The notes beneath the pieces were generated by a model, which saw only the letters and a program-made list of their open reading frames with translations, searched no databases and was not told the origin of the DNA. A stretch of DNA of 63,031 nt, the filler included, from Octopus bimaculoides (taxonomy: Eukaryota), in assembly GCF_001194135.2 (NCBI RefSeq). It is 5 parts of 5 records of this genome, joined end to end, with 100 filler letters (N's around TTAATTAATTAA, not from the genome) between each part and the next. Parts side by side here need not be neighbours in the genome. Positions count along the whole stretch, not along the records: positions 22,109 to 45,733 come from NC_068982.1; 4 more parts are not named here. One strand, given 5' to 3'. The first letter of the stretch is position 1; each line of letters opens with the position of its first letter. Below are positions 25,100 through 35,566 of the stretch, piece by piece. The position numbers and the translations under genes were made by a program.

Positions 25100-25470
25100 G
25101 TTTTTTACGTTCTGGGTTCAAATTATGGCGAAGTCGACTTCGCCCTTCATCCTTTCAGGGTCGATGAATTACGCACAAGTTGAGCACTGGAATCGATGTA
25201 ATCGATTAATCCTACGCCAAACTTCAAGCCTTGTGTCAAGAGTAGGATTATGTAAAAAAACGGTGAGTTGGTAGAGCCGTTAGCATACTGAGTAAAACGG
25301 TTAGCGGTATTTCGCCCGTCTTTACATTCCGAGTTCAAATTCCACCGAGGTTCAATTTGCCTTTCATTCTTTCGGGGTCGATAACATAAGTCAAGTACTG
25401 GGATTGATGTAATCGACTTCCTTCTCCCCTCAAAAACTGCAGGCCCTGTGCCAAAATTCGAAAGTTTTAT
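25100..25470 (+). mobile_element. Two tandem SINE family A copies
   Basis: Repeated ttcaaatt...tcgactt...catcctttc.gggtcgat...gatgtaatcga modules at 25100-25245 and 25258-25470. Confidence 0.85.
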
Positions 25471-25546
25471 TATATTAAGAAATAATACGAATCCACTGAC
25501 CGAACACTCCTTCTTTAAAAGGGGTAAAAATCACGTGATTATGTAT

Positions 25547-25748
25547 TATATCTTGTTTCAGCCATTAGACTTCGGCCATGCTGAAGCACCACCTTCAAGA
25601 ATTTTGGTTGAACGAATCAACCCCATTACTTTTTGGTGAAGCCTGGTAGTTGCTCTATCTGTCTCATTTGCAGAACCGCTTGTTACGGAGACATAAACAG
25701 ATCAACACCGGTTGTCAAGCGGCAGTGGGAGACAAACACAACGACCCC

Positions 25749-25821
<73 letters not shown>

Positions 25822-25972
25822 GCGTACATACATACACACGACGGACTTCTTTCAGTTTCCGTCTACCAAATCCACTCACAAGGTTTTGGTCGACACTAGA
25901 CTTTAGTAGAAGATACATGCCCGGAACCATGCGGTTTGAAAGGAAGCATTTTACCACACAGCCACGCCTGTG
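25547..25972 (-). mobile_element. SINE family B, near full length
   Basis: Reverse of caggcgtggctgtgtggtaaaatgc head, internal (TA)/(GA) microsatellite and gtgcttcagcatggccg tail. Confidence 0.85.
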
Positions 25973-26058
25973 TTTATTACAGTTTTACATAATTAAATGA
26001 ATAAAGAAAAAGAAAAGCAAGTTTTTTTTCGAATCATTAATATTGACATTTATTTTAC

Positions 26059-26164
26059 CTGAAGAAACCAATGTATTGTCACTGCCAGCGGTTATTCGAT
26101 TCTGTGGACAAGCTAAACTACTGGCATCTGTTCCAGGCAAAAATAGGAGTTCTTTCAGAAGACC
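26059..26164 (-). CDS. TSPEAR: TSPEAR coding exon (106 nt, phase 0 to 1): end of LamG domain
   Basis: GLLKELLFLPGTDASSLACPQ matches recalled human [21 protein letters not shown]. Acceptor tttgtttcag, donor CAG|gtaaaa. Phase is compatible with both neighbouring exons. Confidence 0.9.
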
Positions 26165-26317
26165 CTGAAACAAAGTTGGAAGCATATCAATTCTATACGA
26201 CTCCATACAAAGTAGGATATTCTACAAAATCGTACATACAAACACACATATATATAGAGAGAAAGGGATGTATCCGACATTGCTTCAAATGAATAGATGT
26301 TAAATTCTAAAATGTAT

Positions 26318-26690
26318 CTGCTGACGTGGCTCTGTGGCTAAGAAGCTTGCTTTGCGTCCATGAGGTTTCGAGTTCAGTCACACTACGCGGCATCTTTGAC
26401 AAGTGTCGTCTACTCTAGCCCTGGGCCGATCAATGCCTGGTGAATGAATTTGGTGAATGGAATCTGTGTGTAAGCCCGTCATATGTATGTGTGTATCTGT
26501 ATGTCTTTATATTTGTATTTGAGCCCCGGTTTGCTTACGTCCCCTTAACTTAGTGGTTCAGCAAAAGAGATCTATAGAATAAGTACCAGACTTAAGAAAT
26601 AAATACTGAAGTCAATTTGTTAGAGCAAACTCTTCAAAGTGGTGCCCCAGCATGGCCGCAGTCCAATGACTGAAACAAGTAAAAGATAAA
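26318..26690 (+). mobile_element. SINE family B, full length
   Basis: gtggctctgtggctaagaagcttgc head, gagttcagtc B-box, ggtgccccagcatggccgcagtccaatgactgaaacaagtaaaag tail. Confidence 0.85.
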
Positions 26691-26768
26691 TGTATAAAGG
26701 AGTGATAGATTAATAGCTTTGTTTCGTTGTTTACGAGAAGTTTGGTGGGCTGAGTTATGAAAGTATCG

Positions 26769-26846
<78 letters not shown>

Positions 26847-26877
26847 GCAAAGAATATAGATATAAACATATAATTAC

Positions 26878-27470
26878 CTGAAAAGGTGTAGTTTTCTTTG
26901 AACATTCGCCCAGATGGAATACAGCATCCGTAATTTTCATCAAAGCTGGGAAAGTTCTTTTGATGCGTCGTTTCTGTTGGTCGATGCAATCAAGTACCAA
27001 ATGTGTATTGTTTTGGCTCACACTTACTCCGGCACTATGCCATTGAGAACGCATCAATTTAACATCAAAAAATTTCTTTCTTGTCCGGTTATAGGTGAAC
27101 ATTACAAAATGATTAGCAATTTCCAAAGAGATTAAATTAGCACCAGTTTTGTTGTTTCTTAGAGAAAAGATACATTGAACTCGTTTGTCGTCTTTATCAT
27201 GAATGTCCCAACTAGCACTGCCACCACCGTTACTACCAATTCTTATGTTGCCATCGGGTTCATATTTGAAGGTAAAGAAGAAAGAGAATTCTTCGGGAAA
27301 ATATGGACATTTGGTAAAAATTTGATTTGCACTAAAACTTGGTGGGTTTTCTATATGGGTCATTACAAAAGCCCCGACTTGGCTTTCTACATCAAATATA
27401 CGTCGGATTCCTGAGCTGATATTCTTACTGGCATCAATGGCTAAAGCAAGCAAATTAACTGGGTGAAGAT
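26878..27470 (-). CDS. TSPEAR: TSPEAR coding exon (593 nt, phase 1 to 0): thrombospondin-N/laminin G domain
   Basis: Translation (D)LHPVNLLA...SFSANQIFTKCPYFPEEFSFFF...WHSAGVSV...LDC...GECSKKTTPFQ matches recalled vertebrate TSPEAR (DLRPLDILA...SFPASRIFSQCDLFPEEFS...WHTLVLAV...TDC). Acceptor tttcgctgtag at 27471-27472; donor CAG|gtaatt at 26877. Confidence 0.93.
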
Positions 27471-27825
27471 CTACAGCGAAACAACAAACAGAAAGAAAGA
27501 TTACGTCAGAATATCTCATAAAGTGAAATGATGGGAAAAAACTATAAATTGAAATTTTCTATTGAATTTAAATGAAATTTGGACACAGATTAATAGTGAT
27601 AGAAGCAGTTTTAATACCAAATAGTAATATTTATCACCACTTAAAAGTAACCATTTGGAAATGGTAGTGCTGGCGGCGTCGATGATGGTGATTGTCTCCC
27701 CCTAGCGATGTAAGCAAACATGCTCATATGCGCCACAAAACCATATACGAGGTTTCCTCACGGTAACTATTGCATGTGTCATTCTGTGTTCTGACACAAC
27801 ATCTTCTTGTAAGTGGTGATAGATA

Positions 27826-28265
27826 TTCTTTTCTACTCTAGGCATAAGGCCCGAAATTTTGGGAGAGAGGGGGGGGGGCTGTCGATCAGATCGACTCCAG
27901 TACGCAATTGGTACTTAATTTATAGACCCCGAAAAGATGAAAGGCAAAGTCGACCTCGGCGGAATTTGAACTCAGTACATAATGACGAACGAATTACCGC
28001 TAAGCACTTCGCCCGTCGTACTAACGTTTATTATTTCTTTATTTCCCACAAGGAGCTAAACATAGAAGGGACAAACAAGGACAGACAAAGGGATTAAGTC
28101 GATTACATCGATCCCAGTGCGTAACTGGTACTTAATTTATCGACCCCGAAAGGATAAAAGGCAAAGTCGACCTCGGCTGAATTTGAACTCAGAACATAAA
28201 GACAGACGCAATGCCGCTAAGCATTTCGCCCGGTGTGCTAACGTTTCTGCCAGCTTGCTGCCTTT
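27826..28265 (-). mobile_element. SINE family A dimer (27826-28030 and 28031-28265)
   Basis: Two gaaaggcaaagtcgacctcggc modules with different 3' tails, joined at ctaacgttt. Confidence 0.9.
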
Positions 28266-29739
28266 AATTTCATTGAATATTCTATCAGTTACATTTTTCT
28301 TCTTTCTTTTTTTGTTATATCATTTTATTTCAGTTTCTTATTACGCGCAGACATTTTAAACTTCAAAACATTAAGACTTTAAACTTCAAATTCTGTCTCT
28401 CCTTTACTTTTATTTTCACACGAAGTTTTAATTCAGTAGATTAGATCAGTATTCGTCTGTGTCTCAACTTCTCAATTTCTCTATATAATCAATTCCTTTT
28501 GTCTAATTCCTCTATTATAATAATCATATCAACAAAGAACTAATATGACCGATCAAATAAGACAATAAAGCAAAGCAATAACATTACAAAAGACCCTGTA
28601 ATTAAATAATCTATTTAGTCATGTTTAACCGAATCAATAGCATTATCGTTTATACGTAAAAGTTGCTTTATGATTATAATCGCTATAGGAATGAAGATAT
28701 GTGTATCAATAACTGTACACAATCCAAACAATCACACAATTACGTACGCGTGTATGTGTGTGCATATCTATTTTAAACACCCATAGTTTATACGCTTACT
28801 CAACAATCATACATATATAGATGTGTAGATGAATGTACACGTAGATATAAATGGATGTACGTCAGGAGGAAAAGTGCTTAATACACGTAGTAGGGTTTAT
28901 AAATCCGTTCGGAGTTGAGGCTGAGGATTCACTCCGTTGTCTCTCAAAACTTCTTACAATTGTGTGATCCTTCAGAAGACATAAACAGGAAAGGTTGCTT
29001 CAGATATAGATATATATTAGCTGGGTGGAGGTGCTTGTCTCCCACTTGTAAACATAAGGACACAGGAAATGTGTCAAGGCCGACAGGAAGCGGTGCATCT
29101 TCCTAGGTCTAAACAACAGTAGTATTATTCCCTTCATGGGACTGNNNNNNNNNNTAGGTCTAAACAACAGTAGTATTATTCCCTTCATGGGACTGTCACA
29201 TTAAGTTGACAGCATACAACTACTTCAACGTATCGCTACTGCATAAATCTCTCTGAGAGATTTAGAAATGTATTATTTCTACTCCTAGGTAGCCCTATAA
29301 AAACTGCATCTGTGTGCCAAGCCATGTCGAGCCAATGTGGCAGAGTAGATTCAATAAACCAGTATGATCTCAAGCTCAAATTCATTGTCTCCACATCAGA
29401 CCCTGGTTGGTGGAGAGAACATGCTGAGGCCTTCGTCCCACAGTGGACTGAATACTCTCAATCCAATCCAACCCAAGAAGTATTTGATTCCTACGTGATG
29501 TGAAATTATTCTAATTTTAATTAGAAACTGGATCGCAGACGACTCGTTGAAGGCTTATATTTGTTCCTACTGTTCTTGCTAATCTGATATTGATTTCTGA
29601 CATTGGTGTAAAGCGATAAACTTGAGTGAAGCAAACAAACTGTAAATTCAGGATAAAAGAAAACGTTGACTTCGAATAGATTTGAGCTCAGTGTTGACTC
29701 CAGTTTTAACCAAGAGTAGACATGGAAATCTTCTTCGAG

Positions 29740-29860
29740 AAGCGAGCCGCATGATACATGACTTGTCATTAAGTGGGCCGCACTGGTAAAAAAAAATCAA
29801 GGTACTTTTACGTTATGCGTGCCATTCAGAAAGTCCGCGGGCCGCAGGTTGCCCCTGACT
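29740..29860. mobile_element. hAT-like element terminal fragment
   Basis: gagccgcatg...gtgggccgca...ccgcgggccgcaggttgccc subterminal motifs typical of hAT/Charlie-like ends. Confidence 0.45.
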
Positions 29861-31535
29861 GAACTACTGGTTAACAATAAAGTAAATTATATGTTTTAAA
29901 TATCTACTCTAAATTAGAATACTAATGATTGTGGGTGGCCATTCTTCTTACCCTACTCTTTGGCTTCCAATTAATTTTTTTCTTTCTCTCTGTCACTCTC
30001 TCCTCCTTCTCTCTCTCTTCTCTCTTTTTCACTTCATGTGTTTGTGTGTGTATCCGTGTATGTCTTTATGTGAATGCATGAATGTGTGCCATATATTTTA
30101 TAAATGTGTTTGTATAAACAGGAATGCTTCGCCGTTTAAGCAAATCGAATAAAGGTAAGTTGTCGTCTTCCGCCTATTTAATCACAATAACTTAAATTAT
30201 CTTCGCCGACCGCGTAGTAATTGTGTTTAATGAATATTGCACTTAGATACCAAGTGAAGCAGACGATAGTTCAATTTCTCACACATATCTGCCGGTTTCA
30301 TCGGTAGAATTTGAAAGGGGCAACATCAATGGTCAGCTGCCAGTGCCGAAGAAATAAAGTCGCTGTAGGTCACAATTCATAGAAGATAACAATAGCTACC
30401 ATATTGATTTACTGAAAAATACGAGGCCATTCAACGTACTCCTTTTATTCTCGGCTTCGTTGCTTCAATGGTTGGTTACGGATGGCTTTATTCACCAGTT
30501 CGTTATAGTTGTTCTTTGTTACAATTACTGTTTATTTGTTTCATTATTAGTGTTGTTTTATGCAGGTGGAAAATTATAAGAAAATAAAAATAAGAAGTAG
30601 TTTAATATTAGCGCATGAAGCTGTAATGGTGGTCATGATTAATGAGAAGGTGAATTCAAAAGGAAAGAAAAATGTGTAATAGAAAGCGAGCAAATGATGT
30701 GAGAGTGAAGGGGAATGATTGGGAGAGAAGATTATTGAAATTAAACAAGGAAATACTTCACCTCCAATAAAAGAAGAAAAGAACCGCACAATTAACGTTA
30801 TAAACATTGAGTTTGTTAGAACGAGACAAAATAAAACAAACTCCATTGATCTAACCTTTAGTCAAAGAGAGTAAAATAGCAAATGATTTTAAACAGGTAA
30901 ACATACAGATCCTCATAGACATAACATCACTAGTAATCGGATTCTATATTCTATATACATTGATTTTACCAGGATTCTACATGTAGAATAAAATAGAAAT
31001 TTACCATCATTTTCAAATTCTGAAGAGATGCAACGTTTTGACACAATGACGTTTACTCATCTTTCGAATCATATTTGAATACAGCGTATGGACCCCGATT
31101 AGCCGATAACCTTTGCGAGAGTATGTATATATAATTATATATATACAACAGCCATTCAATATGGTTAATTTACATTTGACATAAATTATAAGTGCTGAAT
31201 GTCTCTTTAATAAAAGCTGTACTAATTAGCTGCTTAATTTCAATAAAGTGATTATCTTTCATCCCTCTTCAAAATTAATACCAGACCTAAGAATCAAGGA
31301 GTTGCAGACACTGTAAGCATGAGGTAGAATGGAAGAGTACCAGATTAAAAAAAGCAACAACAAAACAAAAAAAAACTTGCATTATTTAGATGTATCCTAT
31401 GATGTTCTGAATTCAAAACTCACTAAGATCGAGTTTGTTGTTAAAACTTTCTGTGAGTCTGTGAAAAAAATACCGATGGTTTATACTCCCCTCTGCGAAC
31501 AGCGCCTTTTTTAGAAACCATTATTAATGTTAGAA

Positions 31536-32405
31536 GGATTCAGTCAAGGTTGACTTTGCCTCTCATCCTTTCGGGGTCGATAAAATAAATACTAGTGAAG
31601 TACTGGGGTCGATGTAATCAACTAACCCCCTGTCCCAAAATTGCTGGCCTTGTGCCAAAATTTGAAACCATTGTTCATGTTACAAAGGATGGATAAGGTA
31701 GCAAGCTGGCAGAGTCATTAGAGTGTTTGAAATATGCCTTGCGATATTTGTTCCGTTTTGAGTTCAAATCCCACCGAAGTCAACTTTACTTTTCATCCTT
31801 CGGGGTGGATAACATATATAACCAGTTAAATACTTGGTTGATTGAATTAACTAACCTTCCAATTTCGTAACTGGTACTTATTTAATCAATCCCGAAAGGA
31901 TGACAGGCAAAGTCGACCTCGGCGGAATTTGTACTCACAACGTAACGGTAGACGAAATACCGCTAAGCGTGCTAACGTTTCTTATTGCTCTATTGCCCAC
32001 AAGGGGCTAAACATAGAGGGGACAAACAAGGACAGACAAACGGATTAAGTCGATTACATCGACCCCAGTGCGTAACTGGTACTTAATTTATCGACCCCGA
32101 AAGGATGAAAGGCAAAGTCGACCTCGGCGGAATTTGAACTCAGAACGTAGCGTGCTAACGGTTCTGCCAACTCGCCGCCCTAAATATTCTTTTCTACTCT
32201 TGGTACAAGGCTCGAAATTTCTGGGGAGTGGGATGGGGCAGTCGATTAGATCGACCCCAGTACGCAACTGGTACTTAATTTATCGACCAGAAAGGATGAA
32301 AGGCAAAGTCGACCTCAGAGAAATTTGAACGAAGAACGTAAAGACAGACGAAATACCGCTAAGCATTTCACCCGGCGTACTAACGATTCTGCCAGCTCGC
32401 CGCCT
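31536..32405. mobile_element. Cluster of five SINE family A copies (two plus at 31536-31860, three minus at 31862-32405)
   Basis: Repeated ctttcatcctttcggggtcgat and atcgaccccgaaaggatgaaaggcaaagtcgacctc modules. Confidence 0.9.
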
Positions 32406-33085
32406 TCTTCTAAAGCTGGTGTATAGAGTATATATACTGGGTGAAAAAAATCCATCTTGAATGGGCAACAAAAACAACATTCGCCATACAATGACAAGTA
32501 GATTTATTGAAAGGAATATCTACAATACAGTTGACAAATACAGTCTTTGCGGTGTATTTTCTTGAACAATGCGCTTCATTGTATCAGGATGCCCAACACT
32601 AACTTCTATTAAATATACCAAGAGACAATAACAAAGCAAAGCTGTTCAATATTAAGTTACTATAATGATGTACAACTGAAAGCTAAGGAATTACACTAAA
32701 TTCGCTATTGAATTAAAAACAATATGGCAGTTAAGAAATTTGTCCGTCATCACATTTGTTGTTATTTAATCCCGAGTGAGTCTTGACTGTGTTTATAACC
32801 AAAAGCTTTCCAACAAGACCATCCCGTCTTTTTTGGTATATCAATGATTACAGTTTTTAAGATGGTAGAAAACCAAAGGAATATGGCTGCTACTTCTAAC
32901 AGATCAAGCAACCACGTAGAAATTCCCTTACTGGTTCCCATTTGTAATTAGATACAAGTGAAACGATACACAAACATTCCTACAAAGGCAACGAAAGATA
33001 TAACAGTACTAGAATGTATAAATATTGTAAGAACATTCTTACAAAACATTTCTATCTTCGAATATTTTATGCATATTTTCCAATA

Positions 33086-33321
33086 CAGTAATATCTCGCC
33101 ATATCGCGGTTCACCTATCGCGGTTCACCTATCGCGGTTTATTATTTAAGCTTACGTAGATTCTTCCGTAATGTTGTTTTGCATTTATAAGAAAATAAAT
33201 TTATACAATTTATATAAATGATAAAAAAAATATATACGGTACATTACTGTTACTACTTCATGGATTTTCACCTGTCGCGGGGTTTTGGAACGTAACATCC
33301 GCGATAGTCGAGGGTTACTAG
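33086..33321. mobile_element. pogo/Tigger-type MITE
   Basis: TA|CAGTAATATCTCGCCATATCGCGG left end and CCGCGATAGTCGAGGGTTACT right end. Internal tandem of the 14-bp unit tatcgcggttcacc. Confidence 0.75.
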
Positions 33322-33381
33322 ATATACTAATTCTCTTTGATGAAAACTTTTGCTGTATTTCTCAAGCTATGAATAATAGAT

Positions 33382-33797
33382 TCCTTTATTCTTTTATTTG
33401 TTTCAGTCATTTGATTGCGGCCATGCTGGAGCACCGCCTTTAGTCGAGCAAATCGACCCTAGGACTTATTCTTTGTGAGACTAGTACTTATTCTATAGGT
33501 ATCTTTTGCCGAACCGCCAAGTTACAAGGACGTAGACATGCCAACATCGGTTGTCAAGGGATGGTGGAGGGACAAACACAGACGCGCAAATATATATATA
33601 TATATACACACACACACGCACTCACACGCACGCATATACGACGGGCTTCTTTCAGTTTCCATCTACCACTCACAAAGCTTTGGTCGGCCCGAAGCTATAG
33701 TAGAAGACACTTGTCCAAGGTGCCACACAGTGGGACTGAACCCGGTACTATGTGGTTGGTAAGCAAGCTATTTACCACACAGCCACTCCTATGCCTA
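33382..33797 (-). mobile_element. SINE family B, full length
   Basis: Reverse complement of 37782-38180 at high identity. Confidence 0.9.
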
Positions 33798-33844
33798 TAA
33801 AAATAATTTTTTTAATTTTCAAAATGCTATCAACAAGTAATGTC

Positions 33845-33987
33845 TCATGTTGCAAAGACAGTTCAAAGACAGTTCAAACATTGTAACATTGCAAAGACAG
33901 TCGAATATTACAGAGACAGCCCAATGTTGCGAAGACAATCCAATGTTACAAATACACTCCAATGTTGCAAAGACAGTCCAATGTTGC
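33845..33987. repeat. Degenerate minisatellite of about 19-20 bp (CAATGTTGCAAAGACAGTC)
   Basis: About seven imperfect units, abutting a SINE A head at 33985-34022. Confidence 0.7.
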
Positions 33988-34588
33988 CCGGCGTGCTAAC
34001 GATTCCCACCAGCTCACCGCCTTAAGAGTAATAACTATTAAAATAAAATGATATGACAGTAGTCTCTCGTAATTCGAGAAATACGGTCCTGTAATTTCTT
34101 GCTTAAAAACCTGCACAAATGATTTGTTTATGAGGATCCAATGTATGCGTTGGATATTAGCTCACCCCCTCCATCAAGAATTGACGCAGCCTGAACAGAT
34201 GCACGATGTACCATACGCCAGGTCTTGAAGGAATCGCAGGGCAACGTGAGTTGAAGCGTTTTGCTGAAGACGACTTCGCACTACTCGATCCTGGAATTGA
34301 AACCACAATCTAAGTATAATTTTTTTCTATCAAGCAGTAAAAGTTTGTGCGTAAATATGTAATCACTGTCTAAGTACATATTAAATATATAATTGTAAGG
34401 GAAATTTATTATAAAAGCAATTACTTTTCAATACTACGCATGCACACGCATAGACACTCTACACATGTACACACATAGATACACGCACACATACAGACAT
34501 AGACATACTCATACACACATTGGTTGATGTACAGATATACATGTAAATCAATCAAATTGTAAATAGATAGACAGATAAGTAGGTAGAT

Positions 34589-34666
<78 letters not shown>

Positions 34667-34790
34667 TTATTTCTCCCGTTCTTTGTTTCTCTCTCTCTCT
34701 CTCTCTAAATATATATAGAGAGGGGGACAGTGAGAAAGAGACAGGGAAAGAGAAACACAGACTAATAGACAGACAGACAGATAAATAGAG

Positions 34791-34839
<49 letters not shown>

Positions 34840-35051
34840 TTCCTATATAAAGGCATCTATAGTTACTCTAAGAATATCTTTCTGCCACAATAATTTACTT
34901 CACTTTACAGGTAATTTTATCAAGTTCGTCATAATTTGTTAAATTCTCCACCTTTCCCGTCCTGTTCTTTCATTTCCAAGCTTCAATAGCTTATTACATT
35001 TCCTTTGATATTATTTCAGTCTTCTCAAGTAAGCTACACCTATCATCTCAC

Positions 35052-35136
35052 CTGAACATCTGTTTTTGTTTGTTTGTTTTTTTCTAAACACCCCGGCCAT
35101 TAACCATGCTCCAATGAACAGAAATTCGAGAACGAT
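35052..35136 (-). CDS. Candidate upstream TSPEAR exon encoding a signal-peptide-like segment (85 nt, ends phase 1)
   Basis: IVLEFLFIGAWLMAGVFRKKQTNKNRCS followed by G|gtgaga. It would splice in frame to give RCS-DLHP, paralleling human PCT-DLRP. Acceptor ttggtctacag. No Met upstream of the hydrophobic stretch was found in frame. Confidence 0.4.
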
Positions 35137-35361
35137 CTGTAGACCAACAGTTTCACAAAACTCTTCTGATTTGTCTGTTTGACTGGACAGCTTAGATTCA
35201 TATTCTCTAATTACAATGTCTTTACCTCATGAAAAGCAATTTCATTCATTGTTCTATCAATGGAACTTTAACACTCCTATCTATTGTATCTACTTTCTTT
35301 CTTCTACTTTATGTTGTAAGACGAACGAATATACCTCGTATAAAGAAATATTGGTTTCACG

Positions 35362-35566
35362 TTTTGACACAAGGCCAGAAATTTCAGGAGTGGGGCGTGA
35401 GTCGATTATATTGTCCCCACTGATCAACTGGTAATTATTTTATCGACCCAGAAAGGACGAAAGGCAAAGTTGAGCTCGGTAGCATTTGAACTAAGAACGT
35501 AAAGTCGGAAAAAATTCCGTATAACATTTTTCCGGCGCGGTAATGACTCTGCCAGCTCGCCGCCTT
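35362..35566 (-). mobile_element. SINE family A copy
   Basis: acaaggccagaaattt tail through ctgccagctcgccgcctt head. Confidence 0.85.

Noticed and set aside
27471-27519. ATG at 27519 giving a signal-like MRYSDVIFLSVCCFAV N-terminus
   Set aside because: The hydrophobic residues come from a polypyrimidine tract ending in a canonical TAG acceptor exactly where homology begins. An intron is the simpler reading, though use as an alternative start is not excluded.
29104-29195. Perfect 41-bp direct repeat
   Set aside because: The copies are separated only by a 10-N gap, the typical negative-gap assembly artefact. It is not a CRISPR or biological repeat.
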